In this document: in pieces, positions 1 through 13,761 of the stretch
How positions within the stretch are numbered: the stretch's first letter is position 1
Layout of the letters: each line of letters begins with the position of its first letter
Origin: Camelus dromedarius
Lineage: Eukaryota
Direction: 5' to 3'
DNA: 64,000 nucleotides
Assembly: GCF_036321535.1 (NCBI RefSeq)
Contig: NC_087437.1
Span: 110,052,001 to 110,116,000 of the forward strand
The notes under the pieces: model-generated
What the model was told of the DNA's origin: nothing
The model's database searches: none
The model's input: the letters and a program-made list of their open reading frames with translations, nothing else
Made by a program: the position numbers and the translations under genes

Positions 1-2540
1 TGACAGATAATCTGACTGGATTAAGGATATCACATTTTGCCCATATAACTCAGCCATATCATGTAAGAGTGGCTAATTTTTTTTGTTTGCAATGGAGAAG
101 GTTGGTTACCCCTGAGATGGAACATTAAACAAAACATTAAGTGGGAAACCTGAACAGTCAAATAAAAGCCAAAATAGTTTCAAGAATAAAATGTGAGAGT
201 TTTGCACAAAACCAATTGGTGATCATTGACAGTAAAATATCAACACTAAAATATTATAGAATATATAGACCAAGTGTTTGTCTTGTTTTTTTCTAAGTGA
301 AAAAATATTCAAAATGAAAGTATCCACTGGAAAATGAGAAATATATATTTCTTTAGGAAAGTATTGGTTTTATCCTTAGCTATTAGACCCTAAAAAGATT
401 GAATGATGATTTTTTTTTATTTCACTTTCAAGAAGTTTCCTTTGAAATATATATTAGATAATTCTATGCTAATGGATAGAAAAGAAGAAAATATGTTTTC
501 ACTTGGGGTAATATTTTTTTTTACCCATATATAAAGGAAACTTGTTACATATTCCAAAGTTTTACCTGAAAGTCAAACACAAGTCAGTAAAATATGAAAC
601 TGTAGGCTACAAAAATATATTATATTATGTGTGTGGAATGCCACACACACATTTTTCTCATTCTAATTTATTTTTATATTTTTTTATTTGCAACTCTGCA
701 ACACTTTCCTCAGGCTGTGAAGATATTTACCTGTGCAAGAAGAGAAAATTTTCAAATGAAATTTAGTTTTGGGGTTAAAGTCCCTTTATTGGAATGACTA
801 AACTTCATCTACCATAACCTCTCTATGGAAGCACAACATCTGATAGGACAAGTGCCCAGAGCTGACCTTTATTTTTTTTCATCTTCATGTAGTTTAAACA
901 AATCAAAATCTTCCTAATAAAAATCCATGATCTTGAGAATTGAGCCTTAACATTACTCATTCTTCATTTGCCTCGAAGTACAACTAAATTAGAAATTGAG
1001 AAGTAGGAGATTATATACAATAAAATAAAATTGTAACAATAAAAGTGTGAAAGAAAACACAGTAAGAGGTAGTTAATCTAACAGAGGGAACTAATCCTCA
1101 TAAACTTAGCTATAAAATTGTAGCTGTTCATAAATATGACAAGAACTTTCCAGATGGTATTCAAATTTTCCAATAGACAGTGATAAAGGATCAGCATGGT
1201 GGAGTAGAACACCAGGATTCAGGTGATTCTGATCTCGGTTCTGACACCTGTTTGTGACTCTAAGCGTCGTTTAACAGTTTGCAGTTTCCTTACCAGTTCT
1301 ATAGGGGGCAGCACTACACAGTCTTTAACGCTAGGTCCCGCTTTCACTTCTGTTATTGTCCTTGTATTACCAGATTTCAACAACTCAAACAACAGCAAAA
1401 ACTTCACTTCATACCAAAACCTGAATATGCCATTCAAATTTGAAAAGGCAATAAATTTATATTGTGTCGTTTATATATCCAACTAAGTAAACAATAAGAA
1501 AATGCTTGATTTTGATGTGTGTTAATTAGTTGAAATTCCACTTTAAAAAAAAATCTTTTGAATGAATGGTGATTCTCACCAGGTAAATCTCAGTGTGATC
1601 CATTTATTGGTTATAATTAGGTGTTAACATTCCATTTACATTAATGTCATGATGATGATGATAAAAAACAGTATCATTGCATATGGAAGAATGGTAACAG
1701 TAAAAAAACTAAATCCATTTATGTTTTTTAATACTACATATGTTTTAATTAAATAACTTGCAGTACTTTTAGTAAGATTATAAAATAACTGTTTTCATGA
1801 AAATACTAATTGAAATGATAAACAATAGAAAAAGAGAGACAATAGATATATAATCAAGAAGTTCATTTAAAAAATATTTTTCTTTCCTAGAAGTTTGAAG
1901 TCTACCACTGTTCTTTTCTCAGCATAAAAGGGCTGAATAAGGACAAATTTTGAAAGAAGGGATAGCTATATATTTTGGACTGCATTGACAAATAAAATTG
2001 TGTAAAATATAAAACATACAAATCCTTTTATATTTTTTGTTACCATAGACAGACATATAGTTCAAAGTTGCTAGAGTTAAATTTTTTATTGTTGTTGAAG
2101 TAAACACTAAGTCTTTTCTAATTACAATCAAGGAAATGATAAGTCAACAATTATATTTGAGGAATTATTGTACATTTCAATCTAAATTTATTGTTCTTTT
2201 TATATATGTCATGAAATGTTTAATAAACAAAAAAGTATATTAAAATCTCCATTCAAAGTTGAGTAGTATTTATACTTAGTTACTGTATGTAATTGAGAAG
2301 AAATGAATTAAACAAAAGCTATATGTACTGTTTCAAATCAAGAGACTTTATTAAGGAAATTGAGGCAATAGAATGAATACGGAATTGTGTAATTGTAAAT
2401 GTACTGAAAGTCTTAGACACTAATCATTTTGAACAAATGGACCCAGTGTAATCATGGGTGGCCCAGTGGTCGAAATCATATTTAGCAAGTCTACTCATGG
2501 CCCTACATATCAGATTCATAAAGAAGAATTTTAATAGACT

Positions 2541-2690
2541 CTAGAGAATCCATTCCTCCATAGCCCAGGGGGTGCAACAGCTGTGTCTGTAGTTTCCATA
2601 CCCAGAGCCGAAGCCCAGTCTGCGGTCACTGCCACGTCCACAGCCATGGCCTCCGTAGTAGCTGCCGTAGTAGCTGCCGTAGTAGCTCAT
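2541..2690 (-). CDS. KRTAP19-like HGT keratin-associated protein, 49 aa, frameshifted C-terminus (possible pseudogene)
   Basis: Manual translation: [57 protein letters not shown] at 2774-2767 and AATAAA at 2352-2347. The canonical tail (HPLGYGGYGFSRVY*, stop 2531-2533) is restored by adding back two single bases. Too short for the ORF track. Confidence 0.75.
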   Translation of the reverse strand: MSYYGSYYGSYYGGHGCGRGSDRRLGFGSGYGNYRHSCCTPWAMEEWIL

Positions 2691-2766
2691 GGTGCCAGGC
2701 GCTGAAATCTTGGTTCACTATTGAAGGTGTGTTTCCTGAGTATGTATCTCAATACCTATGCAGAAG

Positions 2767-2794
2767 TTTTTATAACCTAAGTTATAGGTGTGGT
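2767..2794 (-). promoter_or_regulatory. TATA box plus ACCACA (RUNX-type) motif
   Basis: + strand tttttata at 2767-2774 and tgtggt at 2789-2794; same arrangement as at the other KRTAP loci. Confidence 0.65.
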
Positions 2795-4289
2795 AAGTCA
2801 TTGAGACCTACCTCATTTTCATTCCTCAGAAGAAATGTTATGAAGCAAACGTTATTGGCTATTTGTTTAGTTTAACATGCGTGGAATAATCTTCCATCAT
2901 AGTAAAACTTTTAAATTAACTTTTCAGCTCAATTAGGATTCCTCTGATTAATTGTGTCTATAATAAGAGATATTATGTGAAACCTTAAAGGCTATTCTGA
3001 CATAAGGACTGGCATAAACTCCACAGCATTTAGGGTTCTGAGAGTCTCTACAGTCCAGTCAAGTGACTGGCAGCACCATGAAGATGATACTCCATTGCTC
3101 TGAATGCTGTTTTATTTTTCTCTATATCAAAAATTATTTCCATATTTCCTATTTATTCTATTTTCGTATTATTTGTAGTAACCAGAGGACTAAATTTACA
3201 CTTAAATTCGTATCTCATTCGAAATTACAATCACTTGGATGTCAAATATCTAAAATATTAAAATACAGACAAGTTTTACTTGACTTTGTGCAGTTTGAGG
3301 CCAACCATGGAAGCAGTCTTGTTTAAAGTGTCCAGCGTAGACTTACTTCTTATTATTTAACAGACAATGTTTAAAATCTTGATACCTCCTTAAAGAAGGC
3401 ATTTCCAAACCTGAGAAGAGATAGAAAGGAGAGAGAGAACAAAGCCAATAAATGTTCCTTGTCCCCTGTATTTAAGCATAGTCAAAACTGATGGTGCCCA
3501 GTTAAATAAATGTTGACACTCTTTTCCAATGATGTTATCAAAAAGTTCAAGAAGCCTTCTGGCAATTTAGGACCCCTTTCTGGAATCCAGAATTAGTATA
3601 CCATGCTGAAAAGAAATAAAGGCTCTATTGATCTTCTTGTGCAGAAATTGGGGAGAGAAACAAAATTCTAGACAATCTGAGTCACAATAATTTCTCTCAG
3701 AGATTAATTATGGATGTCTTTAATATTATGGATTTTTAAAAAATGTGGACATATCTTAAAAATTCATCACCACCAGAGGATGAACATATTAAAGAAATAT
3801 TTGTTAAGTGTTTACACATAATGTTAATGGGATGTTTGATATTCCACTGCCTAATGGCCATGTGTTTCATTTTTGAGACCTTGTACTTAACAGCTAGGAA
3901 CATACCTGAAGTTTTTTTCAGGTGAAATTACTATGTATTTTCAAGATAATTATGGTGAATTAAAAGGTCACAAAACATTTCATGCCATTGCTTTATTATG
4001 CAATCTCAATTTTGAATTTTTTTGAGCTTTATCAATATTATGATTATATGTATATCAACCAATCGATCAAAACATTAATGTTAGTACTGGTTCCATCCCA
4101 GGCAGGACTAATGCAACAGAAAGCAAACTAATCTGATTTTCCAAAGGCTTTCCCAGCACTAAATAAACTAGAAATCAAGTGCTCTGTGCTGATTTCTGTA
4201 CTGAAATATACTCATACTTCATGGAAGAAGTCAAATTCTTCAAAATAAAATGTTTATTAAAACTGACACAGTTTTATGTAGTTTTATAT

Positions 4290-4560
4290 AGTTATGGTTT
4301 TATTTTGTATTTTTCTGATGACTCTGATAACTAATGATGTCAAACACTTTATTTACTTATTGGACATTTTTATGTCTTTGTTTCATTATGCCCATGTTTT
4401 GAGTGATGTTTTATCTCTGGACATTCTAGTTGTAGGAGATCTTCATTTGTGATGAATATATCTCTCTCTTTCTCTTCTCTAAATCCAGTTTATATCTTTA
4501 TCTATCTGCATCTTCTATATCTATACTTTATTTTTTCTAATCGGTGGCTTGTTGTTGATA
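4290..4560 (-). mobile_element. Old L1 fragment
   Basis: Resembles antisense L1 3' ORF2 sequence (ctaatgatgtcaaacac...ttattggacattt); boundaries approximate. Confidence 0.5.
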
Positions 4561-4592
4561 AAGGCCATCTCACAATTTTTGTTTTACTATTA

Positions 4593-4652
4593 TACTGTAC
4601 ACCAGAAATTGACACATTGTAAACTGACTATACACTATACGTCAAAAAAAAA
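4593..4652 (+). mobile_element. Very short L1 3' end with A tail
   Basis: tactgtacaccagaaattgacacattgtaaactgactata followed by an A run; matches the 3' end of the L1 at about 36560-36612. Confidence 0.6.
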
Positions 4653-5048
4653 CCCCACAAAATAAAGGAAACATTAAGATACATGACTAGAGTTAAGACC
4701 ATGTTGTAATTAATGTCATCTTAAAAACATTTATTGAAAAATGATGATAGATATCTCTTCAGTTTAAAATACACTAAATAAATTTCAGATGAAAAAATAT
4801 TATCCTGAGAGGGAAAGGAGAAATAACTATTGTGTTAAAGTAACCAATATTTATCAAATAAGTCCAAATTGCTATTGAACAGCTGTCCATATACAGACAG
4901 CTCTTAAATCTTATGCCATCAAGTTTTTAAGCTGGTAATTCATCTTCTCTGCTTGTTATAAGTTGGAAGTAGAATTGATAGAATGAAACACTTGAAAAGT
5001 TTGGTTTTGTCATTGGATTATTCTCCGAGGAATCTTAAGTCCTAAAAC

Positions 5049-5205
5049 TTAGTAGAAACCAGAGGTCCAGTATCTTCCAAACCAAATTGGATGACAGCAT
5101 TCATATCCACAACTGTCATAACCAGAGTCCTATCCATACTCTGTCCTCAAAGCTACCACATCCGCAGTCATTAGCCCTGGTCACATAAAACATAGTCCAC
5201 GCCAT
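5049..5205 (-). pseudogene. HGT-KRTAP pseudogene
   Basis: Minus-strand tail reads SGYDSCGYECCHPIWFGRYWTSGFY* (TAA at 5051-5049), preceded by an in-frame TAG; 5' part degraded and frameshifted. Confidence 0.8.
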
Positions 5206-5938
5206 TTAGCTGGTTGTGTAAAGTTGAGGTTTGATGTTGAAAACATTTAAACTTCTTCAGTTGGTGTAACGAGTCTTAGGTACTATAGGCATAATATTCA
5301 TACCAAATAACATACATGAAAACAACCCAGTAATTTATTTCCTTTTATACAAAAAGGGGACTTCATATCTATTAAGACTGGGATTGCTTTGGTGGCTCAA
5401 TCAGTAGTTCCCAGTTAGTGTTACTAGGTTTGAATTCTCTTTACCACCTATTCACCTTGAGTACAGATTTCATACTTATCATGTCTTCAAGGGCCTCAAA
5501 CACCATGCTTTTAAATAATAGTGTATATATATTTTTTTTCTGATAAGATGTCTTCAGCTTGTTTTAAAAAATAGATGGCAAGAATATCAGGCTGATGGTA
5601 ATTCTGAATTTATATTCTGGAAATGATTTGCACTCACTCCATGAATGATATTATCATTTTGCTTTAGAAAAAAAAAATCTGTAGCCCCATCTAAACATCC
5701 ATGTCAAACGCCATCTCTTCCTCTCTTCTGTGGTTGATTACATCACGTTTTGTTGCAGATATCTGATGGCAGGCCACTCTCCATTACTTATTTGTAAGTG
5801 CCAGATAAGATCTGGTAGAGTTTATATCAGGTTTATCTCCTTATTCATTGAGGGTCTACATATTAGAAAACCCTTTATAATAAAGGATCTAGAATTTGAG
5901 CTTTCTGTTTCTAAAGCCCCAAGACATCAACAGATTTT

Positions 5939-6100
5939 TCAGTCAAAGTCAAATCTACATCTCTTGCGGCCAGAGCCAGAACCCAAGACCAGCATAGCTA
6001 GAGCAAAATCATTGACCAGGCAGTGGACGCTTCCACAACCACAGCCAGAACCAGAGTCCAGGCCACTGCTGTGAATGCCCAGGCCTCCATAACAGCGGAT
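5939..6100 (-). pseudogene. HGT-KRTAP pseudogene, start codon lost (ATG>ATC)
   Basis: CCTGACACT-ATC in place of the cluster's CCTGACACA-ATG context; reads IRCYGGLGIHSSGLDSGSGCGCGSVHCL...FDFD*; TATAAA kept at 6185-6180. Confidence 0.75.
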
Positions 6101-7265
6101 AGTGTCAGGGCTCGTGGGTCTGGTTGAAGGTTGTCTAAATTCCTCTGTGTGAGAATTAACACTCCCACACACACAGGCATTTATACCCTCTCACAGGTAG
6201 ATATGGCAAACCATGCTGATTTACTTCAAGTTTATTCAAAACCACAGCTCTTCTACTACAGAAATGCATTAAACTATTTTCCTTAATTAGAAGAAACTCA
6301 ATTAAGAAAGTTTAGTTTTTAATTTGATTTTCCTGCTGAGCATGCTTTCTGCAAAATCTATTGTGCCCATAATGAGAAGAGTTGATGGGTCCTGCAAAGC
6401 CAACCATGACTTGATCCCTCAAGTCAACTCTACACCAGCCTTTGAGGCATCAGGCAGCCCTCAGAAGATATAACTTGAGATAGTATGTATCAATTCAGTC
6501 CCTTTCCTTGGCCACAAATTTTCCACCAAATTAAATGATGTACATTATTTCTACCTCTTCAATGTTTAAGAACTCTTAGACTTATTAGTAATTGAAGTTG
6601 CAATACTACATAACATTATAATTAATTTAACATGACAAGTGAACCATTGTTTAATAACAGACATGTTTTCATAAAATTTTTTGTTCAAAATTTGTAAACT
6701 GTCTGATATTACATTTTAGCATTTATTTCCTGAATTATATTTTAATCTTTTGTTAACACAAAAGTATTTTCAGGGTGAGAATATTGATCTTAGCATTTTA
6801 GCAATCAATAAGACCAGCATTTAATATTTCTAATTTGTGTTCTAGTAATAGTAGGAAATAGTATATTTTCATATTCTTCTGTCAATACTACTTCAATTTC
6901 TTATATCAAAAAATAATACAATGTTTCTACCAAAGTCCTTCTTTACGTTTACAAGGCCAAATCAATTTTATAACTGTATTGTGGGATATTTTTTGGTTAT
7001 AAAAGCAAAAATTATATTTTATTTGTACTTTATTTACACAGAGATCTCCCTTCCTTTCTTCCTTTCTCCTTTTTTCTTTCTTCTTTCTTCTTTCCCTCCT
7101 TGCTACTAATGTCATTCAAATGTATACATATATATGTTTATATATATACAAACACACAAATATGTGTATATATAAAATACATGTTTTATAATTCAATATT
7201 GTCACAATTGTGGTAGAATATAAAATCTTAAATTTTAGAATATTAAGTCGAAATGTGAAAACAAC

Positions 7266-7374
7266 TGGGGTGACTGATTGTCCTGGTTTTCCTGGGACTG
7301 GCCAGTTGGCCACTGAATGTATCAAATGCTGAGAAAACCCTCAGTCCCAAGTAAACTGGCATGATCGGTCACAT
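7266..7374. mobile_element. Short hAT-type DNA transposon (MER96/MER81-like MITE)
   Basis: Imperfect terminal inverted repeats ggggtgactgattgtcc ... ggcatgatcggtcac. Confidence 0.45.
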
Positions 7375-7682
7375 CAGAAGTCATTTATATTTATATCTAA
7401 GAGGTCAAACCTTAAAACTCATATAAATATGATTGCATATGTACAAGGTTTTTTTTTACAAAAGAGTAAGAATTTAACAGGTAAAAGAAGGAAAAGTGAC
7501 CTTCTATACTGAAGGAACTTTAAGAGCCAGGCTTTAGAACCACAGAAGTACATCACGTGTATGTAGAGTTTAAGGATGCTGGACTAAAAAATGAGGAGGA
7601 GGTATTGGTGTAAGATGAGGGAAAAAAGCCTTTATTTTTTAAAACTATATGTGCCCATTATTTTTATTTTATCCTCTAGGTC

Positions 7683-7903
7683 TAAGGATATAAAAACTGC
7701 AGCCCATGGGTGGAAGCCTGCCAGAGCCTGCGACTGTAAATAAAGTTTTAATGAACAAATGGATTCTTTATTTTTATATTTTCTGTGACGACTTTCCTAC
7801 TACAACAACAGAATTAAGTAGTTGTGCTGGAAAATATTTGGCCAGAAAGCCTGAAATATTTACTGCCTGACCGTTTACAAAGAAAGTTTGCCACTGACTC
7901 CTG
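7683..7903. mobile_element. MER58A-like hAT-Charlie DNA transposon
   Basis: Recognised motifs gtaaataaagttttaatgaaca, gcctgaaatatttact and tttacaaagaaagtttgcc. Confidence 0.7.
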
Positions 7904-8519
7904 CTGCAGATACGGGGAAGTCCACAGAGGTATCCGAGAAAAGGAGAGGTGATCATTCTTATCCAGACTTTTTATTTAAGTAAAGATACTGCCAATATCC
8001 TAGTAGGTGATCTCCCTAAGAGATATTTAAAGAGAATATGGATTACTTGTCCTTTTAATCCTTGAAGTGAGAGCCATCCTAGTAATAACTTATTCCCTCT
8101 AAACTACTATTCTGTTTTGTAACCTATTTCCTATTCCTGTGAACTGCTTGAAAGTGAGATCACAGTTGTTGGGAAATGGGAGAAATTAATCTCTTTGTGG
8201 TATCAGAAGACATTTAACAAAGTCTGTTTGCTTGTTTAGGTCTAGGAGAAACAGCAGTAATTTAATAATTTACTCCAAGTCTATAATTAGCAACAACTTG
8301 AATGAGGATAAATCATTTGAACAAAGGCAATTTGGGGACAAAAGTATCTCAAAACTTTTATTAAAGTTAATTGCTGTTGGGAAAAAAAAGCATACGTGTA
8401 TTCAAACCTCATGTGGGATCAATTTTTTTTTTTATCTCCTAAAGGGAAAACAACTGAGTTAATCTGTATAAAATAACCCAGATCTTAGAAGTGCTGGATC
8501 TGATTTCTCATAATTAAAT

Positions 8520-11500
8520 TATCAATAGATTTTTTTTTCTTACCTGTTATTTATCACCTTGAGGAAATTCTATTCTATTCCTAGTTGGAGGAGAGTTTTT
8601 AACATAATAGAGAATTAGATGTTTAAATGTTTGTCCTGTATCTCTTTATATGGAGATATATATATATATTTAGCCTTGATGACAGATTGAAATTGTAATC
8701 GAATGATCATAATTTAGGCATACAAAATAGAGCTGGACAGCCATTGAGGTTCTGGTCTCAGACATGTTTCTTCACCACTGAGAACTTGAACTTTCTGAAT
8801 TGTACCAAACCCAAGGAAACCGCCAGCCATTTTTAGAAGACCTACTAGCTGTAACCTTCTTGCAACTATGCAACCATTTCATACCCCAACCAATCCTTGC
8901 TTAATAAACAATCTTACTTCCTGCTTTGCCAATCATAATTCTTGACAAACAACTTATGTAACTAACTGTAGCCTTGCAGTTTTGCTCTTAGAATCTTCCT
9001 CCATTTTGTAGTTCAGTGGAACACAGTCTCAGTGCTTCTTGAATCTTTGCTTCCCAGGCGGAAGTCCTAGCAAATCCCCAATAAATGTCTCTTTATTTCG
9101 ATCAGATCTTCTTTTCTGAAATTTTGGTGAACAGCCTGTTACGGTGAATGACATAAACTGATTTTCAAATATCAAACCAGTTTTGCACACTTATAATTAA
9201 TTCATTCATCATATCATTCTTTTTATAGATTGTCAGATTAGATTTGTTTGAGGATTTTTCAAATAATTTCATGAGAGACACTGTTTTGTAATTTTCTTTT
9301 CTGCTAATGTTTTTGTCCGATTTTGATATGTATCCCAGCAGAATGAGTTAGTAAACATTTTCCCAGTTTCTACTTTCTGGAAGTGATTGTGGGGAATTTG
9401 TAATTATTTTTTTCCTTAAGTGTTTGGTAGAATACCCCAGTGAAACTGGAAAAGCCCTGGGCCAGGCGCTTTCTCTTTCTGAAGGTTTTTAATTATTGCT
9501 TTAATTAACATAACAGACATAGGATTATTTAGATTACCTATTTCTCCCCATATGAGTTTTGATAGTTTGTGTTTTAGTTTGTCCATTTTATCTGAGAATT
9601 ATCAAATTTATGGGTATAGAATTATTTGTAAGACCCTTATTATCATTTTAATATTTATGGGATCAGTGGTCATGACCCCTCTTTTATTTCTAATGTTAGT
9701 AATGTGTGTCTTATCTTTTTTTTCATGGCTGGTAGAGCTAGAAATATGTTAATTATTAAACTTTTCAAAAAACTAGATTTTGGATATTGATTTCCTCTAT
9801 TATTTCCCATTTTCAAGTTTATTGATTTGTGCTTTAGTGTTATTCTACATTTTCTTTTGCTTACTTTGGACTTAAATTGTTCTTTCTCTAGTTTCCTAAG
9901 GTAGAAGTAAGGTTACTGACTTTAGACTTTTTTCCCCCTGATTTGTACATTTAATGACATAAATTTCCCTCTAAGTACTGCTTTTTGCTGAATTTTGTAC
10001 ATTTTAATAAATTGTCTTTCTTTTTCATTTAGTTCAAAATATTTTTTTCAACTTCTCTTGAGACATATTTTTAATTTATGTGCTATTTAGAATATACTAC
10101 TTACCTTCCAGACATGCGGGGATTTTCCAATACTGTTCTATTATCGATGTTTCATTTAATTCTATTGTGGTCTAAGAACATACTTGTTATGATTTCTGCG
10201 ATTTGAAGGTGATATGCCTAAGCGTAGGGCTTTTGCTTATTGCTTATTTTGATTTGTTTGTTTTATTCTAGTTGGTGTTTTCAGAATCATCTGGATCATG
10301 ATTTGGTATGTTGATAATGTTGGAAATTTCAGCCATAATTACTTTAAATATTTATTTTTCTATTTCATTCTCTTTTTCTCATATGGTATTACAATTATGC
10401 ATATATTACACATTTTAATTTCACCTACAGTTACTGAATGTTTTGTTAGTTTTTCCACCTTGTTTTGTTTTCTCTTTACTTTTCATTTTGTCCAGTTTAT
10501 TATACTCATCCAAGTTCACTGATTCTTCCCTAGGTTGTGTTGAATTTACGGATGAACTCTTCAAAGGCATTCTTCATCTCTGTTGCTGTTTTTTATTCAA
10601 ACATTTCTTTTTGTTTCTGTCTTAGCATTGCCATCTCTGCTTAGACCACTCATCCTTTTTACCATTAGATGGCTTGACATATTGATTATGGTTATTTAAG
10701 TTTCATGTCTACTAATTCCATGTACGTCGTATTTAAGTCTGGTTCAGATTATTGCTTTATATGCAATTTGTTTCTTTCTTGCCTTAGGCATGCCTTGCAA
10801 TTTTTTGTTCAGAGTCAGTCGTGATGTATTAGTCAATAAGAGCTGAATTAAGGTAAATAGGCTTTTAGTGTGAGGATTTAGTGTAAGGACTAGGCTTCAG
10901 ATTCCGCTAGCATTCTTTTTTTTTCGAGGGAGAGGGGCCATCCCTTCAGACCTTGGTTTTTCCGCATCTGCCCCTCCTCAGAAAGGAGCTATGCTTTGCA
11001 CCGCTTTCAGCTCGAATCCACTTTAACTTATTACATTGTGTCATGTTCTGGTAAAAAGACCTGGGGAAACGGACCATTCTGTAATCTTCAGATTAAATAT
11101 CAGTTTTTTATAAGGACTGGTCTTAGTGCTATAAACTTCTTAAATTTGTCTTCAGTTGTATGACTCCCCCCAGCTACTCCCTACTTCTTCCCTGACTACA
11201 GCATTTTTCATCTATTTCCTTGAAGACTTAACTTTTATTATCTATTCTTCCCAAACACTTTAGGTAAGACAAGAAGCCTGGAGGAAGCCGGAATTGTGAG
11301 AATTTCCTTCCCTCACCTGGGGCAAAGTTTCAGAATTGCACTCTGGTGAAGATCTTTGGTTTGGGGTTTTTGGTCTTTTTTTTCCTCCTGGAAATTAAAC
11401 CTTTTTCATCCAGAAGACTCTGGGCGTATATTACTATGGTTACTCTTTCCCCCGCCTTCCAGAATCAAGAAGGGTTCATTCTTGAATCTTCACAGTGGAA

Positions 11501-11840
11501 ACATGGTGGGGTTCTTGAAGGGAAAGCCAAAAAAAGTGTGGGAATTTTCTCACAGTTATCCCAGGAGTTTCTCACTTATACTTGCCTACACTCAGCCTTA
11601 AGAAATTCACAAATACATTACCATTCAATTGTTTCCACCAGTTTATGACTTGAGCAGCTTCTGCTCCAGGTAAGCAGATTTTGGTAGCTGTATCTCTCTA
11701 GAGGTACATGTCTTTCTAGTTTTGGAGACGGTAGTTTGCCCAGTGACCTTAGTTCTCTGATGAATCTAAGAAAATTCATTGAGTCTCAGTTTATCCAAAC
11801 ACTTTCAAGCTCTGTACATGTCAGGACTAAACCTGATGTC
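8520..11840 (-). mobile_element. Old degraded L1 (L1M-type), interrupted by an LTR
   Basis: T-rich antisense ORF2-like sequence (tttccctctaagtactgcttt, ttcatttagttcaaaata) continuing into ORF1/5'UTR-like sequence; boundaries approximate. Confidence 0.7.
8677..9133 (+). mobile_element. ERV solo LTR (457 bp)
   Basis: TG...CA termini, 4-bp target-site duplication GCCT (8673-8676 and 9134-9137), AATAAA at 9080-9085; nested in L1. Confidence 0.75.
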
Positions 11841-12853
11841 CTGTGTGTCACCTTTTAATATATGCACAGGATTTTCTCCAAATAGCTCAACTGAGGCGTC
11901 ATCTAATTCCCTAGTGGAATAAAACTTTATTTGAATAATGGATTAGAGCCCAGCTTTTTCCAACTATAAAAATGAGAATGTGTGATGATGCTCTTTTCAT
12001 GAGCATAGAGACCTGCAAAGATCATTGCTTATTGCCTATTTGCAAATTAATCAATTCTTAAGTCTAACTTATCTCAGTATTTCTTTTACTCACTAATAAT
12101 GAATATCTGAGTTTCTCACATTTCCTTCTGAATCAAGTTTGCCATCCTGCTGGTTCCCTGATTAATGTATTAAATACAGTTTTGCGCACACTCACTATCT
12201 CTTTTTATAAAAATAACACTTTTAACCTTTATAGAACCTATGCTTTGATGGTGGTTTGGTGTCATATTGTGGAAGGCTTTATAATCTGATTCAGAGGATT
12301 ATTAATTTTTTGGTGCAGTTATTGATGAAGAAAGTTATACTGCACCATAATTATACAGAGTAATTTGCATTGCCCATGCCTGGACATCATTTCTCATGCT
12401 ACTAAGCACATCTTGTTTCTTTCAACCCTCTTACTTGCCAAGGATGAAATACATCTTTCAATATTTAACTGAGACTTTACACCTTCTGTGACGAGCTTTC
12501 ATCCAAAGTTAAAGCTTAAAATTATTACATTAAAACTAACTGTTTTGCTATGTTTTCCTTTCCTCAGAAATCACATAATGTTTAATCCTTCTTGAAGTAA
12601 TGGGGTTTAGCTTGCTCATTTTAGTAGTACCAGTAGCTATCATTGTCTCTAGAATGCTGTAGAAAAAAAAATAATGTGTCTACTAAATTGAATGGAATAC
12701 AAAAATGAATGAAATATTGTCCTGCCTCAAGACGTTTCATTCAAAATGGGGAGATAAATCAAGAATAAAATTTATTTTAATAAATGTCAGAACATACATG
12801 TTTAATGACAGAAGTATAGATAAAAATATACACAAGTGGAGAGGAAAGTATAA

Positions 12854-12903
12854 TATTATATTATATTATATTATATTATATTATATTATATTATATTATA
12901 TAT
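12854..12903. repeat. (TTATA)n microsatellite
   Basis: About 9-10 tandem TTATA units. Confidence 0.9.
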
Positions 12904-13169
12904 AAAAAACATTCAACTAGAGTCCATTGAGGACACAGACTTTGACCCATGTTTTGAGAACTATAGACCCTGAGAAGAAAGAAAATCATATATATATATG
13001 ATTATATATTTATAATCATTATATATTATAATAATTATATATTATATATTTATATTATACATTATATACATATATATATATAAAAAGCAGTAAAAAGAAG
13101 TACTGAGACATTCAAGAAATATATATGTATGACAAAATACGTTTTCCTAGTAAACTTTAGCTTTAGTTA

Positions 13170-13761
13170 TTTAGGCCATTGCTGGAACCAGAAACATAAT
13201 ACAGACCACTGTGAATGAAAAATATTGCCAGCCATATCAGTAAACAAAGATTGCTGTGGCAACCAAGTCATCAGCTGCTATCAGCACCCCCTTGACAGGT
13301 GAGCAGAGGGAGCTCAGGATGTGGACAAGCAGGCAACCCAGCCTCTGCAGCCACCCCAATGGTGTACCCCGAGGGAACCCAGGATGTGGCAGAACAGGAC
13401 ACTGGCCCTAGATAGACAGGTGCATGTCAAAGGAATGATTTCAATGAGCCCAGACCTTTGCACCCTCTCATATATAGAAAAGCATTAAATTCCTTAACTT
13501 GAGATATCTGGTTTTCTTTAATTAATAATCTTTTGATCTTCCAACTACCTGGTCTTTGTTGCAAAAACTCCTACATATCTTGGCTTCTACCTTGCCACTT
13601 CAGAACAGTCTTACAGTGATCTGAGAGGCTGCCTCCTCAAGTCCTCAGAAAGTCCACCAAATGAAACATAATAACTCTCAACCTTTAGGCTGTGCATTCT
13701 ACTTCAGTTGACACCACCAATACTAAATAAGACTGCTGTAGGTGTGGCCATAGTAACCCAT
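13170..13761 (-). pseudogene. HGT-KRTAP pseudogene split by a solo LTR
   Basis: ATG GGT TAC TAT GGC CAC ACC TAC AGC AGT CTT ATT TAG from 13761; the coding remnant resumes beyond the LTR (GGT CTG TAT TAT GTT TCT GGT TCC AGC). 5'UTR and upstream 13765-14000 are homologous to 17426-17660; TATA lost. Confidence 0.75.
13210..13713 (+). mobile_element. ERV1-like solo LTR (504 bp)
   Basis: TG...CA termini, TSD CCAC (13206-13209 and 13714-13717); same family as the copies at 58430, 59170 and 60368. Confidence 0.9.
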
